A stretch of 60,207 nt of DNA from Nemertoderma westbladi (taxonomy: Eukaryota; Animalia; Xenacoelomorpha), in the NCBI GenBank assembly GCA_032718475.1, contig JAUCBJ010006761.1, forward strand, positions 1 through 60,207, in the 5' to 3' direction. The position numbers and the translations under genes are program-made. This document shows positions 24,396 to 36,700 of this stretch, piece after piece (position 1 is the first letter of the stretch; the number at the start of each line of letters is the position of its first letter). The notes below the pieces were generated by a model, which saw only the letters and a list, made by a program, of their open reading frames with translations, made no database searches and was not told where the DNA came from.

Positions 24396-25760
24396 ATGAC
24401 ATTTTTCATTGACTCGTTTATTATGACCACCACGATGGTTTTCTTCTTCGCTTTCGGATGGATCTTCTTTATGCGTTATCTCTTCAAGGACTACGAAGTC
24501 CACCAGTACAGCGTGCAAATCATATTCGCAATCACCTTCTCCCTCTCATGTACCATGTTCGAACTCATTATATTCGAGATCCTCGGAGTTTTACAATCGA
24601 GTTCTCGTTATTTCCACTGGAAACTCGATCTTTACATAATGTTATTCCTTCTCATCTGCGCGCTTCCTGCTTATACATTCTACTTCGTCGCTAACACGCT
24701 ACCCCGAATGCCGGATAGTAAGCGAGTTCGCACGAGTTTCAGCGTTGTCGCTTGGCTGGTCTACATGTATTTCTTCCGTAAACTCGGAGATCCATTCCCG
24801 ATACTCAGCGCGAGACACGGTGTCCTTACAATCGAACAGGGAATCAGTCGTATCGGAATCATCGGTGTCACTATAATGGCGGTTCTGTCTGGTTTCGGTG
24901 CAGTTAACTATCCCTACACGAGTATGTTCTGTTTTATGAAACCCGTTACCGATTCAGATATATCCAGCATGGAAAAACGACTGATGCAAACTCTCGATAT
25001 TATTCTTAGTAAAAAGAAACGAATCGCCTTGGCGCTGTCTCGTAATTCCGATGCGTCTATTAAGTCATCTAATAAACTATGGGGAGTCCTCCAGGGGATC
25101 AAGTCATCATTCACCTCCTATTCCAGGGAGAATATCGCCCAATTCGAATCGGAAATTAAGGCGAATGAGGAACTCAGTCGGCAGTTATTCCTGGAAGTTC
25201 TCGATTTGAACTCACGCAAGGAACGGATCCAGTACTCCCGTACCTACAAAGGTAAATACTTCAACTGTCTGGGATACTTTTTTTCTGTCTACTGCATGTA
25301 TAAGATCTGTATGTGTACCATAAACATCCTACTAAACCGCGTAGGCCAGACAGATCCAGTAACTCGATCCATCGATATCTGTATCAGATACTTGGGTTTC
25401 ACTTTCGATGTTAAGTTCTGGTCGCAACATATAAGTTTCGCCCTTGTTGGTATTATCGTGATCACTTCCATCAGGGGTTTATTGATCACTTTGACTAAGT
25501 TCTTCTACGCGATTAGTAGCAGTAAGAGTTCCAACGTGATTGTTCTTGTCCTCGCCCAGATTATGGGCATGTACTTCGTCTCCTGCGTTCTCCTGCTCCG
25601 TATGAATATGCCCCCGGACTATCGAATCATCGTCACCGAGGTGTTAGGAGATCTAGAGTTCCGCTTCTACCATCAGTGGTTCGATAAAATTTTTTTAGTG
25701 AGTTCGTTAAGCAGCATCGCATTCCTTTACGTTGCCCATATTCAGAAACCCGATAATTAA
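24396..25760 (+). CDS. GPR89: Golgi pH regulator / GPR89 (GPHR) anion channel, intronless, 454 aa
   Basis: FFAFGWIFF..LFKDYEV, FSLSCTMFELIIFEILG, GDPFPILS, SRIGIIGVT.MAVLSGFGAVNYPY, DVKFWSQHISF, SSSKSSNVIVL, FYH.WFD.IFLVS. Confidence 0.97.
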   Translation: MTFFIDSFIMTTTMVFFFAFGWIFFMRYLFKDYEVHQYSVQIIFAITFSLSCTMFELIIFEILGVLQSSSRYFHWKLDLYIMLFLLICALPAYTFYFVANTLPRMPDSKRVRTSFSVVAWLVYMYFFRKLGDPFPILSARHGVLTIEQGISRIGIIGVTIMAVLSGFGAVNYPYTSMFCFMKPVTDSDISSMEKRLMQTLDIILSKKKRIALALSRNSDASIKSSNKLWGVLQGIKSSFTSYSRENIAQFESEIKANEELSRQLFLEVLDLNSRKERIQYSRTYKGKYFNCLGYFFSVYCMYKICMCTINILLNRVGQTDPVTRSIDICIRYLGFTFDVKFWSQHISFALVGIIVITSIRGLLITLTKFFYAISSSKSSNVIVLVLAQIMGMYFVSCVLLLRMNMPPDYRIIVTEVLGDLEFRFYHQWFDKIFLVSSLSSIAFLYVAHIQKPDN

Positions 25761-26554
25761 TTTAATTATATTTTACTATAAAATATTTAAAATATTTACG
25801 ACATTTCCTGTATTAGTTCTATGTAATAAATATATAAGTAATAGCAATCTGTGTAAGGTGCCACTTTTAGTTTTAACAGCATTTTTTCTAAATAAACTTT
25901 GATTATGGCGATATAGTTTATAAGAGTATTTTATAAATCCGATATAACTGTCGTTGCGGGCAGTTCATCTTCAGTTCCATGTCAACATTCACCCAACTAT
26001 ATATATTGTCAGACAAATAAATATATTCTGTCATTTATTCACTTTAAATTTCGTGAGAATAAAATGCAAATTATAGGAGATTGCGAACGGTTGATAGGAT
26101 TGTGTCAGCTTCACCGTATTCACTCATCAATGAGCCCAATATATTCATTATAATAATATACAGCGTTATACAAGTTGAAACAGCTGTCGAAGCGAAAGTC
26201 ACTGTGCTGAATTTGGGAATAGACAAACACCGACAGCTACAAAATATGTATTTATAACCCATTCCAATATTTGAATGAGTTTCTTCGATATTTTACAGTT
26301 CCCGATATATTAATTTATTGTAGTGCAATACTATTCAATACATATTATTTACTGATATAATAATTATAATTGTTGATTTTGTTTCTGTCTCTGTTCGAAA
26401 TACTAACTTCAATTTGTACGGTAACTAGGTATGTTTGTAAAGGAACACATAGGCACTTGGAACCAAAACAATAAACGAAAGTTAACATTTTACAAGACTA
26501 TGTTGGTTACTAAAGATAAATGCCTTAGATGGCACCTGAGGGGGGAGGGAGGGG

Positions 26555-27329
26555 GGGTGTTTGAAAAAGGTGGACTGGACACAGAAAACATGGACAATGG
26601 ACAGACCAATCACGGGCGATTTGCGTCACACAGCATGTCCACCTTTTTCAGCTTTGTTGTCCACCTTTTTCAAATTTGAATAAGGTGGACTGGGTTGAGA
26701 AGCAGGCAATGAATTGACCAATCAGATTGATTTTCACATTATTATTATCCCAGACTTACTGTGACAGGCCTAGTTCAATAATATGGGGCGAGCCACGCGA
26801 TAGCATCAATATTGGAACGTCAATATTCTAACTCATTACAGTATAAAGTTAATTATAATAACTACGGTACCTATTGTACTGTGAGGGAAAAATAATATGC
26901 TTTATTTACCGTTCATCCCGAGATCTGTTATTAAACGACCGAGCGCAGCGAGGGAGGTAAATAAGTCCCCATATTTTGGGAGTGGCGGTCCGAAACCCTA
27001 ATTCAAAGTGGAAATGGAGGCCCAAAACCTTAATTAAAACTGTCACGTAACCCCAACCTTAAATATTTTGGATCATAAATTCCACAAAATTTCTTAGATT
27101 AGAGCATCGGGACTTTAAGGTTATAGGGTTAACGACAGTTTTAATTAGGGTTTGGGCCTGACCAACTAACCCAACCACAAAAATAAACCAATAAATCCAA
27201 GTTAAAGTGCTCTACGGTACGCTACAGTCCAATCACTAATAAATAGCATTGCTTTAATACGTTTCTGATTGGTCAGACTGTTATCTATGTTTTTTGTGCA
27301 TGTGTCAAGTCCACCTTTTTCAAACACCC
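26555..27329. mobile_element. Mutator-like MITE
   Basis: TIR GGGTGTTTGAAAAAGGTGGAC; 9-bp TSD AGGGAGGGG at 26546-26554 and 27330-27338. Confidence 0.85.
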
Positions 27330-27722
27330 AGGGAGGGGGTTGTTATTACATAACAACCTGAAGGTGAATTAATTGTATACGACCCTAGGCCTAGTTTAGA
27401 TTTTATTTATTATTATCGGTGCTGTTTATGTATAACTATGTAGGTATTACCTGTACTTATTAATTTGAATATAATAATAGAAGAAACAACAATATCCCTT
27501 ACTCTCGTAACTAACTTTATCCACTTCCACTTGATTGCTAATATTTACGGAAATTCGAATGATTCAATATAATTATAATCAATTTGGGTAAATAAAACGT
27601 GGCTTGTAGTCCCATGGGAATGCAAGTCGAATAAGGGAACGAACAATACCTCCACTACAAAATGAAAACACACTGAACTCTAATGAAAGGGGGGGGGGGG
27701 GGGGGCACAAGCCATATCATCA

Positions 27723-30700
27723 GTGGACAACATCCCACAAATAGTGAAGAATAAAAACCAGACGACAAACAGTGCTATCATAGAAACCACCACAACTCAA
27801 AGCTTTGCTTTAGTCCCCGATATAGACATTGGAGAGGAATTATTACGAATTATTCGTGTTCGGCCTCAAAAGGACGTAAAAGAGAGGGAGATAGATCTAT
27901 TAACAAGGTAATCAATTATAAATCGATTACATTATTGTTTATCTGTTTTCCTATATTTCCCTTGTTTACTTTATAGTAAGGAGGCTGCGATGAGAGCGTC
28001 GAATAATTTACTTAAGTGGGTTTTACCCCTGCATCATTTAAATTAAAGACTTATTATCATATTTCTAGAGTTGTACATAGTTAACCTGTTATTCCTGGTT
28101 TACCTACTGTACATTCAATTGTATAATTTATCTTATCAACCCAATAATTAACATGACTTTCCCAAATACATATCAACTAGAGGCAATAGTGGCCGGTAAT
28201 GTGACGTACTTTGGTCCCCATACCTATTATTTTACCTCCATAAACCACTATAATACTGTAGCAATCCCGGCTAAGTGCAAACACTTTTATATTTATTATT
28301 ATTATATTCTATTTATTACTATATACTCATGAACTTTATAAAAATATTATTTCCTAATACATTCCGCATTGTTACTTTTTCTTCTAATTTTTTTCTTTCG
28401 TACCTTTTCCTCAGTGACTTTTTCCGTTAACATTTATTAAACCGAGCTAAGACCACTTTTAAGTGAACCTGTTTCATTTTTACACCGTGGTTTCGCGTGG
28501 TCTATTAATAGCATACTTACTGGTTTTGTATCTCAACGATTTTTGCGCAGAACCTATGCGGAAGAGAAGAGGTCTTATGTTGAAATCGCAACCAGCAATA
28601 GAAAATAATTCTATATAACATGCATTTATTGACTATATAGAAAAATCGCATTCGGGAATTTGTATTTCCTGTAATATGGATTGTATAAGACTTTCGCGGA
28701 TTCCTTCCAATTCCGATGAAGCCTTGTTGCAGGCGTGTCAGTTCGGGAATGCGCTGGAAGTGCACAACATTATAGAGAGCGGTGTGGACCCCAACGGGAT
28801 TATGGACAGTCTGGGGTACACACCGCTCATGTTGGCAGCCAGGGAGGGACATACAGGAGTGGTGAGCCGCTTACTCATGTTAACCACGGTCGATGCTATT
28901 TTGCTCAAAGGTGCAGTTATTATTCCTATATATATAATTATTGAATAGGGTTGGTGTGCGAATAAATTGTTGGGCTAGAAACAATTGAATAAGGGGAAAC
29001 AAGGTGCCTTGAATCGAGTGGCGGGTTTGTGTTTTTTATAAAAACACGTGGAAACGGTCGTAATGGCGGGTTTAAGTAAGCGCGGGAAACCAATTTTGAA
29101 AAGCGGCTGTGATTGGCTGCTACAGATTTGACGACACTACAAAGTGATCTGATATTTTTTATATTGGTTTTCTGTGGACATCGATTTTCGATTCATTCAA
29201 ATACACATTTAATCTCAATAATATTTAATCTCAATCGTTTTCACACGTGGCTTATATCAATTGAAAGTGCGATGTTTTGCGCATCTTTTGACACTACAAT
29301 TAATTAAATTAATGATGATGAACATTGATAAAATACTGTTCACAATTGTAACTCGGCAGATTGCCTGACCGGTATGCAAGCACCAGCCCGCCCTTTCCGC
29401 CTATTGCATTGCAGTATCGGAGTATTGTTGTATTGCTTACTCTGCCGTCGATCGGTACACATTTATAATATTCCTTGCAGCTGAGTAGCCTACTGCCAAA
29501 ATTATTATAATAGTACCGGCTGACCGGTATTACACGTTTAGTGTTATTATTAATCCGTAAATCTAATCTGTTTGTCTTACCGTACTCAATTCAGCAGGGA
29601 ACTGCTATATTAGGCTTGTATACCGGTCAGGTACTGCCGAGTTTACAATTAGTCAATGTAATGTCAAAAGATGCGCAAAACTTTCCGCTTTCAATTGATA
29701 TATATAAGCCACGTGTAAAAACGATTGAGATTATATGTGAATTTGAATGAATCGAAAATTGATATTAATAGAAAACAAGATAAAAAATTATTAACAGATC
29801 GCTTCGTTGTGATGTCAAATCTGTAGCAGCAATCATAGCCGATTTTCAAAATTGGTTTCCCGCGCTTACTTAAAACCCGCCATTTTCGACCGTTTCCACG
29901 TGTTTTCACAAAAAACACACCCCGCCACTCGATTCAGGGCAACTGTTAACCCTTGTTCAATTGTTTCTAGCCCAACAATTTTTTCGCACACCAACCCTAT
30001 TTATTGGACGGAGGCAGGGGGGGGGGGGGGGGGGGGTTGTGGGGGGAACTGGACGCAAATCCCGCTTTGGAGAATTAATATCCCGCCTCAATGTTACATT
30101 CTCAATTTAGGGAAAGGAGCAGGTTACAGTGACACGTTATTTTAACCAAAAAAAAAATCTAAACACAATAGAACAGGTTACAGTTTTATTTTTAGGAGTA
30201 ATCAGCTATTATTTGCGTCGAATTTCCCCCTGGAGAGGGGTGAATTTTTATTGCGTCCAGTTCCCCCCATCCCCCATCTGATTGCACGTCATGTTTAATG
30301 TTATCCGAAAAAAATTATAAAAAAGCTGTAGGTCCCATCTCGGCGGATTAATCCGTTACCTTGAATGCATAGCTGCTGTATGGTGGTCGTGGGTTCTCAA
30401 AATATGTGTCATAATTTATTGTAGGTTATAAGTGGGGCAGATAGGGGGGGGGGGGGGGGGGGGGGAACTGGACGCAATAAAAATTCATCCCTCTCCAGGG
30501 GAAATTCGACGCAAATAACAGCTGATAACTCTCAATAATAAAACTGTAACCTGTTCTATTGTGTTTAGTTTATTGTTTTGGTTAAAATAACGTGTCACTG
30601 TAACCTGCTCCTTTCCCTATATTGAGAATCTAACATTGAGGCGGGATATTAATTCGCCAAGGCGGGTTTTGCGTCCAGTTTCCCCCCTGTCTCAAGTGGG

Positions 30701-33700
30701 GATAGTTGTGTGGTAGGTATGGCCTATGTAGGCCTACTGTAGTTCGTCTGGTGGTGCACTGCAATGCACAGGGCTCTTAAGTAGAAATTAATACCCTCTT
30801 ATAGAAATGCCCTACCAAAAATGGACTGAGCCAAGAATGCAGAAACAAACTAAAAAGATTGCGTGTAGGTTATTAGTGTTATTTTTTATTTTCATGTAGT
30901 GTTATTACCATAAAATTGATACATCAAATATAAATTTTATTGTTGTGTTCATTGGTAATGTTGTGGGGATTCGAAAAATAGATACATATCGTGTCGTGAT
31001 AGGAAAATACTGCATCATTGGCGATTACTAACGTAGGCCTACATAGGCTTGTCTAGATGGTCTATATTGCCATAAATAAGATTATGCACCAAAAAATATA
31101 ATGTGTTTATTAGAATGGTGAAGTTAACTGCAACGACATGCAACGTGTATATTTATTTCGTCCCAATAACATCTACCCTCTGGTTTCTATTGAAGGTGGT
31201 CACAACAGACGATCTGCCCTCTACTACGCAACTGTTAACGGGTATCTCGATGTCGTTAAGGTATTGATAGAGTTTGATGATGGGATTGGTCGAGAGGCCT
31301 ATCAAGCCGAAGAGGATAACATCAGCACCGCCATAGAGAGCCAAAATATCGCCCTTGTCCAATACATTTACCACAAAGGTTATAATTAATCTTACAGTAT
31401 CTATAGATCTATATATCGAGACATAGAAAAATATCGAGACATGAAAAATATCGAGAGTAAAAATATCGAGAGTTCAAAAAATATCAAGAGTTAAAATATC
31501 GAGAGTAAAAATATTAAGAGTTAAAATATCGAGAGTTAAAATATCGAGAGTAAAAATATTAAGAGTTAAAATATCGAGAGTTAAAATATCGAGAGTTCAA
31601 AAAATATTGAGAGTAAAAATATCGAGAGTAAAAATATCGAGAGTAAAAATATCGAGAGTTAAAATATCGAGAGTTCAAAAAATATCGAGAGTTAAAATAT
31701 CGAGAGTAAAAATATTGAGAGTTAAAATATCGAGAGTTAAAATATCGATAATATCGAGAGTTCAAAAAATATCAAGAGTTAAAATATCGAGAGTAAAAAT
31801 ATTGAGAGTTAAAATATCGAGAGTTAAAATATCGAGAGTTCAAAAAATATCGAGAGTAAAAATATCGAGAGTAAAAATATCGAGAGTAAAAATATCGAGA
31901 GTAAAAATATCGAGAGTTAAAATATCGAGAGTTCAAAAAATATCGAGAGTTAAAATATCGATATTATCGAGAGTTCAAAAATATCGAGAGTAAAAATATC
32001 GAGTGTTGAAAAATATGGAGAGTAAAAATGTCGAGTGTTGAAAAATATCGAGAGTAAAAATATCGAGAGTAAAAAACCTAGAGTAAAAATGTCGAGTGTT
32101 GAAAAATATCGAGAGTAAAAATATCGAGAGTAAAAAACCTAGAGTAAAAATGTCGAGTGTTGAAAAATATCGAGAGTAAAAATATTGTGAGTAAAAATAT
32201 TGTGAGCATTTTATTTAGAATTTATGACACAATATTGCAGTGCATGGGGTACAACAGTGCTTTAATTGCAAATATATGGCTTTAATATAATTTTTTGGTT
32301 CTAGACAACATTTATAATTTTTTATACTAGCTTAAGTTATTTCTACTTGTTTTATATATATATATATGTTATAAAACACGTATAAGCTACCAATTTTGAT
32401 AAATATTTTTGTTCTAGAACTCGTTTTTTTGTTCTAGAACATTTTTGGGGAAAAAATTATCATACAACTCTTATTAAAAAAAAATGTTACTCTCGATATT
32501 TTTCAACACTCGATATTTTTACTCTCGATATTTTTCAACACTCGATATTTTTACTCTCGATATTTTTCACCATTACCCATAAAATATACTATTGAATAGG
32601 GGAATGTAATTTCAAAACCTTTGGAAGCATAATAAGCAAATAAATTAAATAAAATTAGTTACTGGTAAGAAAATTTGCACAATTTATCAACGAAATAAAA
32701 TATATTTCAAATTGTTATTCTGTCTCCCATTTCTATTATATAAAATAAATGAATTGTCAGGGGTGAATGCCAGGGGAGAGTGGCTGAACCTATTAGCGCT
32801 ACAACTGAAGAGGCCAGATAGGCCGAAACGTACGTATAGCGCTGGTTTAACCCCCGGTGACGCGCTTTCACATTTTATCAATTTCTGAACAACTTATTAC
32901 AATATCATACATTTAAGTTATCATGTAATTGTAATTGTGAATACGTAATGATAAAAATACAGAAACTATAAAGTAAAAAAGTAGATCTTCAATGAAAATG
33001 CATGCGGTGAATTCACATTGATCGTTCGTAAATTGTATTTTCCGATGAGTTATTTGTGCTATGTAAATATCATTAAACTCTATCCCTATACATACAAACT
33101 TGTAACACTAATAATATTATATTATTTATTTAAATCACTATCCCTTTAAAAAAAAAAGCAACCATTAAGTCTGTATACACCGCGAATTTTATGGGTCTGT
33201 ATTCCTTTATATTAACAGATAGTTTGTTCTACGGGGCTTGTCTGGGATGCGTTTCCGCCGCTGTTGCTATGGGTAATCGTGATGTTGCTCAGCGACTGCT
33301 TGAGTTAGGAGCTGACGTGAATGAGTGGCACAAAGGGACCACAGCATTACATATAGCCACCCAGCGGGCAGACAAGGAAACGGTAATTATCATTGTGTCG
33401 TTTTGGGTTTCTTTGGCCTTGAAAGATCTTAATCAAACTAACAATTTCATTATTTAGAAACTCCTAGATTGAATGTGCAGGACACATGGACACACACACA
33501 CATGACACATAGACACACACACACAGGACACATGGACACACACACCCCGGACACATGGACACCTACACACAGGACACACACACACACAGGACACATGGAC
33601 ACACGTACACAGGACACATGGACACACACACACAGGACACATGGACACAGACACACTCACAGGACACATGGACACACACACACAGTACACATGGACACAC

Positions 33701-36700
33701 ACACAGTACACCCCGACACACACACACAGGACACATGGACACACACACACATGACACATGGACACACACACAGGACACATGGACACACACACACAGGACA
33801 CATAGACACACACACACAGGACACATGGACACACACACACAGGACACATGGACACACACACACAGGACACATGGACACACACACACAGGACACATGGACA
33901 CACACACACAGGACACATGGACACACAAACGCAGGACACTTGGACACACACAGGACACATGGACACACACACACAGGACACATGGACACACACACAGGAC
34001 ACATGGACACGTACACACACAGGACACATGGACACACACACCCCGGACACATGGACACACACGTACACAGGGACACACACACACATGACACATGGACACA
34101 CACACACATGACACATGGACACACACACACACCCCGGACACATTGACACACACACACAGGACACATGGATACACACACACAGGACACATGGACACACACA
34201 CAGGACACATGGACACACACACACAGGACACATGGACACACACACCCCGGACACATGGACACACACACACAGGACACATGCATTGGCAGCATTTTGATTT
34301 ATCGGGAATCTTTCTGAGAAACATTTATATCATTACGAACTTTTCTCGTGTATTATTCTCAGATTACAAGCTGTTGTCACGTTATTCTCGAATTACAAAT
34401 TATTTTCACTTCTTAATCTTGTGTTACGAACTATTATCACTTATAATTATCGTTTCTAATTAATTATTCTCACATAATATTCTCGTAATTCGAACTATTC
34501 TCACTTATTATTTCCGTATTACGAAATATTATTGTAAAAGCTTTTGTGGGATAACTGATACGTTTGCCTTTGCTGGCCAGTTCCCCCCCAGTCGCTAGAA
34601 TACTCTCAAAGGGATTTATAACTAAAATAGTGCAAGCTACCAGCTTATTGGCTGATGTGCTGTACGGAGATATCTGGGCTCAGTTTAATCGGCCAACTAG
34701 CTTAGAGAGGTTGCCTTAGCCTTGCTGTCCGTATCGGCCAATAGAATTTGAGTGGGCGTTGATTTCGACCTATCCCAGAGCTACTGAACTGAATTTCCTA
34801 TCTCACTGCTCATCCTCTGTGTTGGACGGGAGCTTCGGGGAATAAGGGTAGTTGGTATACTCGTATAGTCATTCTAGTCATATGATTTTATATGATTCTG
34901 TTGTTATGTTCCCATTTTTCGCCATAACACCGGCTTTAGGGAATAACTCCAGTAAAACTGCTTAAATTATCGAAAGTATAACTGTTACCTTAACTTAACT
35001 AATCAATCTTAACTTACTTAACTCACTATTAATCATATTGTTTGTACTGTTATTTACCGTCAGTTATTAATTGTATCTATTTGTTGATGGAAATATTGCT
35101 CTTTGGATAATACGGATAAATCACCCAAATTTCCCAATTTTCTTGATACACTACAGGTTAGAGAGACAGGCTATACATAACAATTGCGATTTATATTAAT
35201 GTGGTGTGTATTGAATCTAATGTTATTTAGCAGACCCTACATGAGTCAATTGCTGCTCTCTTTATGTGTGATCAAATATACTGACGGTCGGCAGAATAGT
35301 GTGCATGATTGTGATTGGTAACAAAGCATTTCCTAAAGAATGCGCCTTATACTTTAATCATAAGCAGTATCGTTGCGTTTAGTATAAGTCCTAGTTCTGT
35401 TTAAATAGATAGAGCGCCACGTCCTAAAGGAACTGTTAATATTTCCCGAAAGCCAATAATATCTGTCAGAAATTAATTATTAACGATCTATCGAATAATA
35501 CAGTAGGTTTACACTGCAACCTTACACTTCAATAATACAATTTAAGCAGCCGAATTCAGCCTCCCGGGTGTAGATCCATCGGGTGAATGATCGCGCATGG
35601 GCTGACTTCGGGTAATGTTTTGTTTATTAGCATAAAATATTGTCGTATGCTAAAGGTGTTTTAATTAACTAAAAGACATATAAATTTTGGCAGGTTAAAC
35701 TGCTAAATGTCTTCAAAAGCGCGAACAGTAACAGTTAACGATCTTATTGCAGTAGGCAATAAGGTTGCAAAATACCGTAGTGACCGGTAAACCTGAACCG
35801 GTACTTCTGTAGGTCAGTAGGCCCAACTGCCAGAACCGGTACTGCTGTAGGTCCGTAGGTCCAACTGCCAGAACCGGTATTTCTGTAGGTCTGTAGGCCC
35901 CACTGTCCTAACCGGTACTGCTGTATAAGTACATTAGTATTATTCGATCTTGATTATTGTATACCGGTAGGTCTCGATATTAAATCGGGGACGCCTGGTT
36001 TTTATTGGGATTTTACTTAGGTCTATTTCTGTCAGTTTTATTTACTAGTAGGCTAATATTGAGCAGAAGGCGTGTGACCCTGCTCAGATTGCTCAGATAA
36101 TTGTAGGCTGAGCTGCTGTCTGACTGTTGTTGAGTTTGGAGAGATTACGGCGTGTGTAGAGTTTGTCTGATAAAGTGCCGTTAGTAAGTTGGGGCAGCCA
36201 TATGCTGTAAGGTCAATCCCCTCTTAAAGAATAAGTCGTACTACCGTGTTAGAACGCATACTAACTAACAGTTTCAGAGTCTGCATATACTGTAGTTTAT
36301 TTAGGCTTGATCGTGGTCTGCCAGCATTTTGGCTTGTGTTTGTTTGTGTGGTCTGTTCAGGTACCGTAATAGTTATTACTCAGATATTTTGTAGGCTGGA
36401 TTGTTGTCTAGCTATTTTTAGGTCTGAAGGGATTGCTGCGTGTGTAGAGTTGTCTGATAAAGTGCCGTTAGTAAGTTGGGGCAGCCATATGCTGTAAGGT
36501 CAATCCCCTCTTAAAGAATAAGTCGTACTACCGTGTTAGAACGCATACTAACTAACAGTTTCAGAATCTGCACATACTGTAGTTTGTTTAGGCTTGATAG
36601 TAGTCTGCCAGCGTTTGGTTTGTATTTTGTTTGAGTATTCTGTACGGGTAGCGTAATATTTATTATTCAGAGTTTATGCGATTATTCGCAACATTCATGT

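Noticed and set aside
31559-31993. KISRV-repeat ORFs
   Set aside because: Translations of the 16-18-bp minisatellite inside an intron
33450-34463. His/Thr-rich and Cys/Val-rich ORFs
   Set aside because: Translations of a CA-rich minisatellite, open in most frames
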